Part shown: positions 18,029 to 28,884 of the stretch, piece after piece
Layout of the letters: every line of letters starts with the position of its first letter
Numbering within the stretch: the first letter of the stretch is position 1
NCBI GenBank assembly: GCA_031362565.1
Contig: JANLSU010000118.1
Coordinates: 1 to 46,402 of the forward strand
Source: a bacterium
GTDB lineage: Bacteria; Krumholzibacteriota; Krumholzibacteriia; G020349025
DNA length: 46,402 bases
Reading direction: 5' to 3'
Made by a program: the position numbers and the translations under genes
The notes under the pieces: model-generated
Told to the model about the DNA's origin: nothing
What the model saw: only the letters and a program-made list of their open reading frames with translations
Databases searched by the model: none

Positions 18029-19372
18029 GTGCTGATGAAACGCGACCGGTTCGATGTGGTTGGCACCGCCATCCTCAGTCGCGCCACGCAGTGCAAGTTG
18101 TGGCAAGACCCGCGGCTGAAGGTCGCGCTGCGGTCGTGGCTTCTCACGGGGTTCGTGGGGCTATCGCTCGCGGGCGGCGCATACGCTCAAGAGCCATCGC
18201 CAATGTCTCTGGATGCCCTCATCCGCGAGGTCGCCGCCCGCAACCCGGGCGTCGCGGCGGAGGCGCAACGGACAGAGGCGATGCGCCAGGCGATTCCAAG
18301 AGCTCGCGCCCTGGACGATCCTCAGATCACGCTCATGACCGAGGACGTTCCCATGACCATCACCGGCGGCATGCCGATGCTGCGGCTGCAGGCCAACCAG
18401 ATGTTGCCTTGGCCCGGCAAGCGGAAGCGGATGGCGCGCGTAGCTGAACGCGAGTCCCAGGCCGCCGGGGCGAGGGATAGGGCCGTCTTGCTCGACGCCG
18501 TCACGCAGGCAAAGCGGATCTACTACGGCCTCTATCTCAACATGGCGGCTCGCCGTGTCAACCGAGAGCAACGCGCGATCACCGACGCGCTCGTCGACGT
18601 CGTGACCGGCCGGCTCGCTGCGGGAATGGCGATGCACCATGATGTCCTGAAGATGCAGACCGAGGCCAGCATGCTGGACGACGAACTGGCCATGCTGGAG
18701 GCCGAGCGGCGCGAAATGGTAGCAATGCTGAACGCGCTTCGCGACCGTGCCGCCGACGAGCCCGTTGGGGAGCCTTTGGAGGCTTGGTCCGCGGAAGTCC
18801 CGTTTGAGCGCGCCACGCTGGTGTCGCGGGCGCTCGCGCAGAGGCCCGAGGTCCAAGAGATGGCCGCCATGGCGGCGAGCCAGCGAGCAATGGCGGATCT
18901 GTTCCGGCGCGAGTACTACCCGGATTTCATGCTCGGGGCCTTCTACGACGCTCGTAGAGGCGGGGAAGACATGGTTGGTGGAATGGTCACCGTGAGTGTC
19001 CCGCTGTGGCTTGGTCGCAAGCAGCGCATCGACGTCGCAGTAGCAGACCTTCGCGCTAGCGCCGCGGATCGGGACCAGAACGCCATGGAGGCCATGGTCC
19101 GGGCCGAGGTGGAGCAGGCCCTGGCGCGTCTTTCACGGGTGAAACGTCGCTCGGAGATCCTCGAGACCGAGCTGCTCGATCGGGCACAGCAGACTTTCGA
19201 TGCGGCCCTGGCGGCGTTCCCTGCCGGCAAGTCCAGCACGCTCGAGGTCCTGGATGCCTTGCGCGTCGTCTCGCAGCGACGTCTGTCGCGAACAACCTTG
19301 AGCGTGGAGCGCGAGTTGGCGCTGGTCGATCTGGCTCGAGCGGTCGGCGAGCAGTTGGAGATTTCACGATGA
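18029..19372 (+). CDS. TolC family protein (CusC-like, Met-rich)
   Basis: ARALDDPQI, QMLPWPGK, YYPDF, SVPLW; first gene of the cus-like operon; start uncertain. Confidence 0.88.
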   Translation: MLMKRDRFDVVGTAILSRATQCKLWQDPRLKVALRSWLLTGFVGLSLAGGAYAQEPSPMSLDALIREVAARNPGVAAEAQRTEAMRQAIPRARALDDPQITLMTEDVPMTITGGMPMLRLQANQMLPWPGKRKRMARVAERESQAAGARDRAVLLDAVTQAKRIYYGLYLNMAARRVNREQRAITDALVDVVTGRLAAGMAMHHDVLKMQTEASMLDDELAMLEAERREMVAMLNALRDRAADEPVGEPLEAWSAEVPFERATLVSRALAQRPEVQEMAAMAASQRAMADLFRREYYPDFMLGAFYDARRGGEDMVGGMVTVSVPLWLGRKQRIDVAVADLRASAADRDQNAMEAMVRAEVEQALARLSRVKRRSEILETELLDRAQQTFDAALAAFPAGKSSTLEVLDALRVVSQRRLSRTTLSVERELALVDLARAVGEQLEISR

Positions 19373-20604
19373 GATTTTGGATGACCGGTGCAGGGCTCGC
19401 TCTGCTGCTAGGGGTCGCCGCGTGCGGTGATCGGGGCGAACAGGGCGAAGCGGCAACCAAGCCTGCCGCTACCCGGGGCAGCACACCAGAGCACAGTCAG
19501 CATGGCGAGGCGCCTGCGGGCGGCAAGGGTAATCCTTCGGCGCCGGTCAACGGCGAGGGCATTCCTGGCTACGCCCCGGTTCAGGTGGACGACAGTCGTC
19601 GGCAACTCCTCGGCATCCGGACTGTAGCCGTGTCGCGCACCCAGCTCAAAAAGACCATCCGCACGGTGGGTCTCGTGAGCGCGGACGAGACGCGGGCGTC
19701 GCAGGTTCACGTGAAGTTCGAGGGTTTCATCGAGCGGATCTTTGTGAACTACGTCGGCCAGGAGGTGGAAGAGGGCCAGCCGCTTTTCACCATCTTCAGC
19801 CAGGACCTGCTGGCGGCCGAGCTGGAGTATCTCGCGTCGAAGGCCGCGCTCGGGCGGATTCCGGAAGGAGAGGTGGCAGACCCCGCGCGCAAAGCATCGC
19901 GGGGTCTGGTCGCGGCCTCGCGCCAACGACTCGAGGTGTTCGATGTGCCATCGGGCGTGCTGGCAGACATCGATCGAACGGGGAACGCAGTTCGCTATAT
20001 CACCATCACCTCACCGCGCCACGGGACAGTGGTTGAGAAGCGCGCCCTGGCGGGTATCGCGGTTGACCCGATGACGCCGCTCTACGTCATCGCCGACCTA
20101 GGGCGAGTCTGGGTGTTTGCCGACGTGTACGAACGCGACATCTCCCAGGTGAAACTGGGTCAGGAGGCGCGCCTCTCAGTCGATGCGATTCCAGGGCGCA
20201 AGCTCGCAGGAAGGGTGACCTTCGTGAGCCCGACAGTCAGTGACGCCACCCGCACCGCGAAGGCCCGGATCGAGTTCGACAACGCCGCGGGGCTTCTGAA
20301 GCCGGGCATGTACGCCACGGTTCTGATGGACGTCGACCTGGGCATAGGCCTCGCAATTCCCGAGGACGCCATCATCGACACTGGCGAGCGCAAGATTGTC
20401 TTCGTCGCGCATGATGGCGGCCACTTCGAACCGCGCTCGATCGAAGTCGGCACCTCCATCGACGGATCGGTGCAGGTGCTTTCGGGGCTGAAGGAAGGCG
20501 AGTCCATCGCGGAGACCGGGCAGTTCCTGTTGGATTCCGAGAGCCGCCTCAGAGCCGCCGCGGCCGGGGGCAAGAGTCCCGCTGCCGCCCACCAAGGTCA
20601 CTAA
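19369..20604 (+). CDS. cusB: CusB-family RND adaptor
   Basis: Lipobox VAAC, KFEGFIERIFVNYVGQ, IADLGRVWVFADVYE, LKPGMYA, FLLDSESRL. Confidence 0.9.
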   Translation: MRFWMTGAGLALLLGVAACGDRGEQGEAATKPAATRGSTPEHSQHGEAPAGGKGNPSAPVNGEGIPGYAPVQVDDSRRQLLGIRTVAVSRTQLKKTIRTVGLVSADETRASQVHVKFEGFIERIFVNYVGQEVEEGQPLFTIFSQDLLAAELEYLASKAALGRIPEGEVADPARKASRGLVAASRQRLEVFDVPSGVLADIDRTGNAVRYITITSPRHGTVVEKRALAGIAVDPMTPLYVIADLGRVWVFADVYERDISQVKLGQEARLSVDAIPGRKLAGRVTFVSPTVSDATRTAKARIEFDNAAGLLKPGMYATVLMDVDLGIGLAIPEDAIIDTGERKIVFVAHDGGHFEPRSIEVGTSIDGSVQVLSGLKEGESIAETGQFLLDSESRLRAAAAGGKSPAAAHQGH

Positions 20605-20607
20605 GCA

Positions 20608-23600
20608 ATGGGCATTCTCGAGCGCATCATCGACACGTCGGCGAGGAAGAGATTCCTCGTCTTCCTCGCGACGGGGCTGCTGCTCGCGGGTGGCATCTAC
20701 TCCATCGTTCACACGCCTCTTGACGCTCTACCAGACCTCTCGGACACCCAGGTGATCGTCTTCACCGAGTGGATGGGCAGGGGGCCGACGCTGGTGGAGG
20801 ATCAGGTCACCTATCCGCTGGTCACGACTTTCCTCGCCGCTCCCAAGGTGAAAGTGGTCCGCAGCTTCACGATGTTCGGCATGTCCTTCGTGTATGTCAT
20901 CTTCGAGGACGGAACCGACATCTACTGGGCGCGCTCGCGCGTTCTCGAATACCTGTCCAAGGTCCAGGGACGTTTGCCGCCGGGCGTGACGCCACAGATG
21001 GGGCCGGATGCCACCGGAGTTGGCTGGGTCTTCGAGTACGCGCTCGTGAGTCGATGCAAGGAGGGAAACCAGCCGCCGTGCGCCACCCTACAGGAACTGC
21101 GGAGCTTCCAGGACTGGTTCCTGCGCTACTCCCTGGCCTCCGTTCCTGGAGTGGCGGAGGTAGCGAGCCTCGGAGGCTATGAGAAGCAGTACCAAGTTGA
21201 AATCGATCCCGTTCGGCTCCAGGCCTATCGCATTTCCCTGGCCGACGTCGTGACAGCGATTCGCATGTCGAACGGCGACGTTGGCGGGCGCGTGCTGGAG
21301 GTCGCTGGTCACGAGTACGCCATTCGCGGTCTCGGCTACGTCACAAGCAAGGAGGACCTCGAGGAGATCGCAGTGGCGACCGACGCGCGGGGTACTCCCG
21401 TCCGCCTCAAAGATATCGCCAAGATCCAGGTGGGCGGCAACATCCGGCGCGGCCTGGCGGAATTGGACGGTGAGGGAGAGGCCGTCGGCGGCATTGTCGT
21501 GATGCGCTACGGAGAGAATGCGCTTGCCGTAATCGATCGCGTCAAGGCCCGCATCGAGGAGCTGCGCCCCGGGTTTCCACCCGGAGTGGAACTCGTTCCG
21601 ACTTACGACCGCGCTCCACTGATCCGTGGCTCGGTTCGGACGCTCACCAGCAATCTCACCTTGGTCATGGTGACGGTAGTGCTGATGATCGTCCTCTTTC
21701 TCTTCCATGTGCGCTCGGCGCTCGTGGCGGCCATCACGCTCCCCGTCGCCGTCGCCGCTGCGTTCATCCCCATGTACTTGATGGGCATGAGTGCCAACAT
21801 CATGTCTCTTGCGGGCATCATCATTGCGGTCGGCGACATGGTGGACTCGGCCGTCGTGCTGGTGGAGAACGCCCATAAGAAGCTCGAGCGCGAGAGCGGA
21901 CGAAAAGACCGCACTGAGGTCGTGATCGAGGCAGCGCGTGAGCTTGGACCTTCCATCTTCGGGTCGCTACTCATCATCACGCTGGCGTTCCTTCCCGTGT
22001 TTACCCTCGAGGCGCAGGAAGGCCGGCTCTTCAAGCCCCTCGCTTACACCAAGTCCTTCTCCATGGCTTTCGCGTGCTTGCTGTCCGTTACGCTGGTGCC
22101 GGCGCTGATGGTCACTTTCGTTCGCGGGCGCATTCGTCCTGAGATGAAGAACCCCATCAACAGGCTCCTCGTCTCGTCCTACCGGCCGGCTCTCCGGCTC
22201 CTGATACGGGGCAGGTACGTTGTGGCTCTGGTCGTGATAGCCCTTCTCGTCGTGACGATTTACCCGTGGAGGAAGCTCGGCTCGGAGTTCATGCCGCCTC
22301 TCGAAGAGGGCTCCATCCTCTTTATGCCCATTACCGTTCCGGGCATCTCCATCGAGGAGGCGAAGCGGCTCGTCCAGACCCAGGACCAGATTCTGCGACA
22401 GTTCCCAGAGGTGGAGCGGGTCTTCGGCAAGGCGGGCCGGGCCGAGACCCCCACCGACCCCGCACCGCTCTCCATGATCGAGACGGTCATCATGCTCAAG
22501 CCCCCGAAGGAGTGGCGGCCCGGGATGAGCAAGGATCGACTGGTCGCGGAGATGTCGAAGGCTCTCGAGTTTCCCGGCATTCAGAACGCCTGGACGATGC
22601 CAATCAAGGCGCGCGTCGACATGCTCACGACGGGAATCCGGACGCCGGTCGGGATCAAGGTCTTTGGCAAGGACCTGAAGGATATCGCCGCCGTCGCCGA
22701 AAACCTCGAGCGGATCCTCAAGGACGTCCCCGGAACGCAATCGGTGTACGCCGAGCGGGAGCTCGGCGGCTTCTTCCTCGACTTCGTGCCGGACCGCGCC
22801 GCCATCGGGAGGTATGGCCTGAAGCTGATGGACGTCATGCAGGTCGTGGAGACGGCCATTGGCGGTATGAATATCGACACGACCGTGGAAGGGCGCGAGC
22901 GGTACACGATCAACGTCCGCTACCCGCGGGAGCTTCGGAGCAGCGTGGAAAAACTGCGCGGGGTGCTGGTGTCAGTCTCTCCGCAGGGCGGGTCGCCGGC
23001 GGCAGGAGCAGCCGACATGGCACAGGCCGCTCCGAGCGGGGCCGGTGGTATGGGGTCGAGCCCCGCGGCGCAGATACCCCTGGGGCAGCTCGGTGAGTTC
23101 AAGGCCACCATGGGGCCGCCGATGATCAAGAGCGAAGGGGGACTCCTCACGGGCTGGGTGTACGTCGACATCACGGGCCGAGACATCGGCGGGTACGTGA
23201 AGAACGCCAAGGTGAAGGTTGCCCGGGAGCTCGAGCTCAAGCCGGGCACGTATCTGAAGTGGACGGGGCAGTACGAGTTCCTGGAGCGCATCCAGGCCCG
23301 CATGAAGATCGTTGTCCCGCTGACGCTGCTTCTCATTTTCGTGATCCTCTACCTGAACTTCCGAGGGTTGACCCAGGCGATGATGGTGTTGCTCTCGGTG
23401 CCCTTTGCCGCTATTGGCTCGATCTGGCTCATGTACGCGATGAAGTTCAACACGTCTATGGCGGTGTGGGTCGGCATGATCGCGCTTCTGGGCATCGCCA
23501 CCGAGACCGCATCGATCATGATGGTGTACCTCGATCAGGGCTACGAAACCTGGCGCAAAGAGGGGCGCTTGCGGTCGCTGTCCGACTTGATCGAAATGAC

Positions 23601-23874
23601 CGTGGAGTCCGCCACCCTCAGGGTCAGGCCGCTGGTCATGACCGTGGGCATGAACATCGTGGGTCTCCTGCCAGTGATGCTGGACAAGGGTGTCGGATCG
23701 GACGTTGCCAAGCGCGTGGCAGCGCCGCTATGGGGTGGACTCATCTCGCTCACCATCCTCACACTGGCGGTGATTCCCGCGTTCTACGTCATATGGCGTG
23801 GGTTCCAGCTCCGCCGTGCGTCCGCTGGCAGCCCGCTCGTAACCGAGGCGCCTCTCGCGGGAGGCGTTCCATGA
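20608..23874 (+). CDS. cusA: Cu(I)/Ag(I) RND efflux permease
   Basis: LDALPDLSDTQVI, GPDATGVGWV; Met triad equivalents of E. coli CusA (LFMP, PLSMIET, RVDMLTTG). Confidence 0.94.
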   Translation: MGILERIIDTSARKRFLVFLATGLLLAGGIYSIVHTPLDALPDLSDTQVIVFTEWMGRGPTLVEDQVTYPLVTTFLAAPKVKVVRSFTMFGMSFVYVIFEDGTDIYWARSRVLEYLSKVQGRLPPGVTPQMGPDATGVGWVFEYALVSRCKEGNQPPCATLQELRSFQDWFLRYSLASVPGVAEVASLGGYEKQYQVEIDPVRLQAYRISLADVVTAIRMSNGDVGGRVLEVAGHEYAIRGLGYVTSKEDLEEIAVATDARGTPVRLKDIAKIQVGGNIRRGLAELDGEGEAVGGIVVMRYGENALAVIDRVKARIEELRPGFPPGVELVPTYDRAPLIRGSVRTLTSNLTLVMVTVVLMIVLFLFHVRSALVAAITLPVAVAAAFIPMYLMGMSANIMSLAGIIIAVGDMVDSAVVLVENAHKKLERESGRKDRTEVVIEAARELGPSIFGSLLIITLAFLPVFTLEAQEGRLFKPLAYTKSFSMAFACLLSVTLVPALMVTFVRGRIRPEMKNPINRLLVSSYRPALRLLIRGRYVVALVVIALLVVTIYPWRKLGSEFMPPLEEGSILFMPITVPGISIEEAKRLVQTQDQILRQFPEVERVFGKAGRAETPTDPAPLSMIETVIMLKPPKEWRPGMSKDRLVAEMSKALEFPGIQNAWTMPIKARVDMLTTGIRTPVGIKVFGKDLKDIAAVAENLERILKDVPGTQSVYAERELGGFFLDFVPDRAAIGRYGLKLMDVMQVVETAIGGMNIDTTVEGRERYTINVRYPRELRSSVEKLRGVLVSVSPQGGSPAAGAADMAQAAPSGAGGMGSSPAAQIPLGQLGEFKATMGPPMIKSEGGLLTGWVYVDITGRDIGGYVKNAKVKVARELELKPGTYLKWTGQYEFLERIQARMKIVVPLTLLLIFVILYLNFRGLTQAMMVLLSVPFAAIGSIWLMYAMKFNTSMAVWVGMIALLGIATETASIMMVYLDQGYETWRKEGRLRSLSDLIEMTVESATLRVRPLVMTVGMNIVGLLPVMLDKGVGSDVAKRVAAPLWGGLISLTILTLAVIPAFYVIWRGFQLRRASAGSPLVTEAPLAGGVP

Positions 23875-26333
23875 GCATCGCCCCTTCATCAGAAGTCACG
23901 GCACCTCTAACGGGGTTGAGTAGCGCCGAAGCAAACCGCCGCCGCGCCGAGCACGGCCCGAACGAGATCCACCGCGACAAGGCCGCTTCGCCGTGGGCCA
24001 TTCTCGCGGCGCAGTTCAAGGGCGCAATGATTTGGCTCCTGCTCGGAGCGGGTGTTGTATCGGCCGTTTTAAGAGAAGTGGCGGACGCCGTCGCCATTGG
24101 AGCCATCGTTGTTCTCAACGCGCTTGTGGGCTTCTTTCAAGAGTATCGGGCGGAAAGAGCGGTAAACGCCCTCCGGTCAATGACCGCGCCACGGGCGCGC
24201 GTGCGGCGCGACGGTGCAGCCGTCATGATTCCCGCAACCGACGTGGTTATCGGTGACGCATTGGTCCTGGAGGCCGGGGACATTGTGCCGGCCGACGCAC
24301 GGCTCCGCCTGGCCCACGCCCTGAGGATCAACGAAGCGCCACTGACCGGCGAGAGTGCGCCCGTCCAGAAGCGGATCGCACCCGTAGCCGCAGATGCCCA
24401 CCTGGCGGAACGCACCGACTGCGTCTTCATGGGGACATCTGTAAGCGCGGGGACGGGCGCAGCGGAAGTCATCGCAACAGGCATGGGCACCGAGCTGGGC
24501 AAGATCGCCCACTTGCTGTCGGCAGTGAAGCAGGAGGCCACGCCGCTCCAGCGGCGGCTCGACAGCGTCGGCAGGACACTGCTCTACCTCTGTCTTGCCA
24601 TCGTGGCGCTGGTGGCGATTCTCGGTTTCGCGCGGGGCCTGCCGTGGATGGAGATCCTTCTGTCGTCCGTCTCTCTAGCCGTGGCTGCGGTGCCCGAGGG
24701 TCTCGCGGCCGTGGTGACGATTGCATTGGCTCTCGGGGTCCAGCGCATGGCGTCGCGCCACGTCCTCATCCGCACGCTGCCTTCAGTGGAGACACTTGGC
24801 TGCGCCACAGTCATCTGCACCGACAAGACCGGTACTCTCACGACCGGTGTCATGGTGGTCCGCGAGCTGTGGGGGGGCGATCACCAGGCCCTCCTCTTCG
24901 GTGCATCCGCTTGCTCCGACGCGGAACTCGCGGCGGACGGACGGAGCGGGACGGGGGATCCTACGGAGCTGGCTATCCTAATGGCCGCTGCGCCGCGCGG
25001 TATCGATCGTAAGGCGATTGAGAACGAGCGCCCGCGGGTGGCGGTCGAGCCGTTCGATGCGGACACCAAGCGCATGTCCATCCGACGTGCCGACGGCAGG
25101 CTTTACGTGAAGGGTGCCGTCGAGGTGGTCCTCCCCATCTGCGCGTCCGGCAGGGAGAAGGCGGTAGAAGCCAACGCGGGCATGGCGCGGCAAGGGCTCC
25201 GCGTCCTGGCGGTCGCGGTGGGAGAGGGCCCCGCGGAGGGCAACCTCACCCTGCTGGGCCTCGTCGGCATCGCCGATCCGCCTCGCACCGAGGCGATCGA
25301 GGCCGTCGCTCTCGCCCGTGCCGCGGGCATCAAGACGGTCATGATTACCGGCGACCACCCAGTGACCGCAGAGGCGATCGGCCGTGAGCTGGGCCTCTTG
25401 ACACCCGCGGACGACCCCGCAGAGGTTGTCCATGCCCGCGCAACTCCGGAGGACAAGATCCGCATCGTGCGTGAATGGAAGGCGCGCGGTGACATCGTCG
25501 CGATGACGGGAGATGGCGTGAACGACGCGCCGGCTCTGCGGGAAGCGCACATCGGCATCGCGATGGGGCAAGCTGGCACCGAGGTCACGCGCGAGGCCTC
25601 GGACATGATCCTTACCGACGACAACTTCGCGAGCATCGTCGCGGCCGTGCAAGAGGGTCGCGGCATCTACGACAACATCCAGAAGACACTTGTGTACCTG
25701 CTCGCCGGCAACGTCGGCGAGCTCACCGTGATGCTTGGGGCCTCCGCCGTTGGTCTCCCGCTTCCTCTCTTTCCGCTCCAGCTCTTGTGGATCAACCTGG
25801 TCACCGACGGACTTCCCGCGCTGGCACTGGTTGGGGATCCCATATCGGACGACCTGCTTCGCCGGCCCCCACGAAAGCCGGACGAGCCCATGCTCGGGAA
25901 ACTGCAGTGGACCACCGTCATCGTGACGGGCTTGCTGCAGGCCGCGGTCACGCTCGTCGTTTTCGCGTGGGCGCTCCACTCGCGGGGGCTGAGCGAAGCT
26001 AGGAACCTGGCGTTCTCCGTGATCGTGTTCTCGGAGCTGTTCCGCGCCTTCGCAGCCCGAAGCACCACGCGGCTCTTCTGGGAGGTGGGTGCGTTCACCA
26101 ACCTGCGTCTCGTGGGCGTCGTCCTTGTATCAAGCCTGGTCCAATTGGGTCTGCACCATATTCCGCTCGCCCAGAAACTCCTCGGCACCAGTCCCCTTTC
26201 CGCATCGGATTGCGCCCTGTCGGTCGCTCTGGGGCTGATCCCCGTCTCCGTGCTCGAGTGCTCGAAGTTGGTACGTCGGTTCCGTGGGCCGCAACCGGAC
26301 AGCACGAAACCAAGCCCGGCAGCAGTCGAATGA
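23871..26333 (+). CDS. Cation-translocating P-type ATPase, P2 (Ca2+-type)
   Basis: ATG overlaps the cusA stop (ATGA); LTGES, VPEGL, DKTGTLT, GDGVNDAPAL, QLLWINLVTDGLPALAL. Confidence 0.93.
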   Translation: MSIAPSSEVTAPLTGLSSAEANRRRAEHGPNEIHRDKAASPWAILAAQFKGAMIWLLLGAGVVSAVLREVADAVAIGAIVVLNALVGFFQEYRAERAVNALRSMTAPRARVRRDGAAVMIPATDVVIGDALVLEAGDIVPADARLRLAHALRINEAPLTGESAPVQKRIAPVAADAHLAERTDCVFMGTSVSAGTGAAEVIATGMGTELGKIAHLLSAVKQEATPLQRRLDSVGRTLLYLCLAIVALVAILGFARGLPWMEILLSSVSLAVAAVPEGLAAVVTIALALGVQRMASRHVLIRTLPSVETLGCATVICTDKTGTLTTGVMVVRELWGGDHQALLFGASACSDAELAADGRSGTGDPTELAILMAAAPRGIDRKAIENERPRVAVEPFDADTKRMSIRRADGRLYVKGAVEVVLPICASGREKAVEANAGMARQGLRVLAVAVGEGPAEGNLTLLGLVGIADPPRTEAIEAVALARAAGIKTVMITGDHPVTAEAIGRELGLLTPADDPAEVVHARATPEDKIRIVREWKARGDIVAMTGDGVNDAPALREAHIGIAMGQAGTEVTREASDMILTDDNFASIVAAVQEGRGIYDNIQKTLVYLLAGNVGELTVMLGASAVGLPLPLFPLQLLWINLVTDGLPALALVGDPISDDLLRRPPRKPDEPMLGKLQWTTVIVTGLLQAAVTLVVFAWALHSRGLSEARNLAFSVIVFSELFRAFAARSTTRLFWEVGAFTNLRLVGVVLVSSLVQLGLHHIPLAQKLLGTSPLSASDCALSVALGLIPVSVLECSKLVRRFRGPQPDSTKPSPAAVE

Positions 26334-26605
26334 TCGACTCTCAGCAAGCGCTCCACGATCATGCACATCAAGCGCCGGGTGAAACGCATGCGAGCGTGGC
26401 GAGAGGAGCACTGAAGCTACACCCCACAATTGCGATGATACTCAACCAGCCGACCTGGATAGCTGCTGATCTTTCGTTCTGGGGCATCGCGAGGGTCGCA
26501 TCGAACCGATCCCTCGCCTTGCCGGGGGAAAGGTGCGCCCCGCATTGTGGGAAGTGCAATATGACAACAGCCGATGTCCTTCGGTCGAGAGAGGCCCTGA
26601 GATGA
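26330..26605 (+). CDS. Possible 91-aa hypothetical protein
   Basis: ATG overlaps the P2-ATPase stop and its TGA overlaps the copA ATG; HDHAH and CAPHCGKC; no recognised family. Confidence 0.3.
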   Translation: MIDSQQALHDHAHQAPGETHASVARGALKLHPTIAMILNQPTWIAADLSFWGIARVASNRSLALPGERCAPHCGKCNMTTADVLRSREALR

Positions 26606-28821
26606 ATTACACTTGCCCGATGCATCCCGAGATCAGCCAAGCGAGTCCAGGCGCCTGCCCGAAGTGTGGCATGGCACTCGAGGCCGACACTGCTTCAGCG
26701 CCGTATCGTACGACTCAGTGGGTGTGCCCCATGCACCCGCAGATCGTCAGAGACCAACCCGGAACATGCCCCATCTGCGGGATGGCTCTTGAGCCGAGAG
26801 ACGGAGAAGGGGAGGAGGCGACCCCCGAGCTCCACGTCATGTCCCGTCGCTTCTGGTTTTCAGTTGCGCTCGCGGCGCCGCTGCTTGTTCTCGCGATGAG
26901 TCACATGCTGGGAGACATCGTGTCGCGATTCTTGTCGCCGCGCGCGCGCACGTTTGTGGAGCTGGCACTCGCGACGCCTGTCTGTACGTGGGCGGCGTGG
27001 CCGTTTTACGTGCGGGCCGTCAATTCCGTGCGGCATCGAAGCCTGAACATGTTTACGCTCATCGGTCTCGGCGTGTTTGTAGCGTACACCTACAGCCTCA
27101 TCGCAACACTCCTGCCGGGCGTTTTCCCCACCGGTTTCCGAGATGGGGACGGCGAGGTCGCAGTCTACTTCGAAGCAGCCGCTGTCATCGTTGCGCTGGT
27201 TCTTCTGGGGCAAGTTCTCGAGCTCAAAGCGCGGAGCCAAACGAGCAGCGCAATCAAGAAACTCCTCGGCATGGCGCCCGCGTCCGCTCGGCGCGTTGCC
27301 GATGACGGGGCAGAGGACGACGTGCCGCTGGATCAAGTCCACGTCGGCGATCGTCTCCGAGTCCGGCCCGGTGAGAAGGTGCCAGTGGATGGCGTCGTGC
27401 TCGAGGGGACGACCGCAATCGACGAATCCATGATCACGGGCGAGCCCATGCCGGTTCAGAAGCAAGCAGGTGACCGAGTGGTCGGCGCGACTGTCAACGG
27501 TACCGGGTCTCTCCTCATGCGCGCGGAAAAGGTTGGTAGCGAGACGCTTCTCGCGCGGATTGTGGCCATGGTCAGCGAAGCGCAGCGCAGTCGTGCGCCG
27601 ATTCAGAAACTCGCGGATATTGTGGCAGGCTACTTCGTGCCGATCGTAATCGGTGTGGCGGCGGTGACCTTCGCCACGTGGAGTCTCGTCGGGCCGGAAC
27701 CAAGACTCGCGCACGCGCTCATCAACGCCGTGGCGGTACTCATTATCGCCTGCCCGTGCGCCTTGGGGCTTGCGACACCAATGTCGATCATGGTCGCGAC
27801 GGGGAAGGGCGCCACGATGGGCATCTTGTTTCGGAACGCTGAAGCCATCGAGTTGTTGCGCAAAATAGACACGCTCGTTGTGGACAAGACGGGCACCCTC
27901 ACCGAAGGCAAGCCACGTCTTGTCACCGTGATCCCAGACGCCGGGCTCGATGAGCAGACCTTGCTGCGGCTCGCGGCGAGCGTGGAGCGGGGAAGTGAGC
28001 ATCCGCTAGCCGCCGCGATCGTGAGGGGTGCCGAAACGCGTGGCGTGGCGCCGGTTCAATCCACCGACTTTGCGAGTGTCACGGGGAAGGGCGTCCGCGG
28101 CACCGTCGACGGGCGAGCGGTGGCGCTGGGGACGTCGGCTCTGATGGCCGAAATGGGCGTCGACCTCGGAGCGCTCGAGTCCAAGGCGGAACCCTTGCGA
28201 GCTGGCGGTCAGACGGTGATGTACGTGTCCGTCGACGGGAAACCGGCGGGGCTCCTCGGCGTCTCGGACGTCATTAAAGAAACCACACCCGAGGCGATTC
28301 GCTTCCTCCACGATGAAGGTCTCCGCATTGTGATGCTAACGGGCGACAGCCGCCAGACCGCGGAGGCCGTTTCTCGCGCGCTGCAGATCGATGAAGTCAT
28401 CGCGGACATGCTGCCGGCTCAGAAAGTCGAGGTTGTGAAGCGTTTGCAGGCAGAGGGGCGCGTTGTTGCGATGGCCGGGGACGGCATCAACGACGCACCA
28501 GCGCTCGCGCAGGCCCAGGTTGGAATCGCCATGGGGACCGGCACTGACGTCGCGATGGAAACGGCTGGCGTGACGCTCGTCAAGGGAGACCTGCGTGGCA
28601 TCGTACGAGCGCGGCGCTTGAGCCGCTCCACGATCGCCAACATCAAGCAGAATTTATTCTTCGCATTTCTGTACAACGTGGCGGGCGTGCCGGTCGCGGC
28701 GGGGGTGCTGTACCCAATCTCGGGGCTACTCCTGAGCCCGATGATAGCGGCTGCGGCGATGAGCATTAGCTCAGTGTCCGTTGTCGGCAATGCGCTACGA
28801 CTTCGTGGCAAGAAACTGTGA
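26602..28821 (+). CDS. copA: Copper-translocating P1B-type ATPase
   Basis: Two CPMHP..CPxCGM domains, [30 protein letters not shown]. Confidence 0.95.
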   Translation: MNYTCPMHPEISQASPGACPKCGMALEADTASAPYRTTQWVCPMHPQIVRDQPGTCPICGMALEPRDGEGEEATPELHVMSRRFWFSVALAAPLLVLAMSHMLGDIVSRFLSPRARTFVELALATPVCTWAAWPFYVRAVNSVRHRSLNMFTLIGLGVFVAYTYSLIATLLPGVFPTGFRDGDGEVAVYFEAAAVIVALVLLGQVLELKARSQTSSAIKKLLGMAPASARRVADDGAEDDVPLDQVHVGDRLRVRPGEKVPVDGVVLEGTTAIDESMITGEPMPVQKQAGDRVVGATVNGTGSLLMRAEKVGSETLLARIVAMVSEAQRSRAPIQKLADIVAGYFVPIVIGVAAVTFATWSLVGPEPRLAHALINAVAVLIIACPCALGLATPMSIMVATGKGATMGILFRNAEAIELLRKIDTLVVDKTGTLTEGKPRLVTVIPDAGLDEQTLLRLAASVERGSEHPLAAAIVRGAETRGVAPVQSTDFASVTGKGVRGTVDGRAVALGTSALMAEMGVDLGALESKAEPLRAGGQTVMYVSVDGKPAGLLGVSDVIKETTPEAIRFLHDEGLRIVMLTGDSRQTAEAVSRALQIDEVIADMLPAQKVEVVKRLQAEGRVVAMAGDGINDAPALAQAQVGIAMGTGTDVAMETAGVTLVKGDLRGIVRARRLSRSTIANIKQNLFFAFLYNVAGVPVAAGVLYPISGLLLSPMIAAAAMSISSVSVVGNALRLRGKKL

Positions 28822-28884
28822 GAGCTTTCTTGCTTTGGGAAGTCCACACGGGCCACCGCAATCACTCTCAGCTCACTTCAGCCG

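Noticed and set aside
23259..23870. 204-aa N-terminal extension of the P2 ATPase
   Set aside because: Overlaps cusA in another frame; the ATGA-coupled start at 23871 is more plausible
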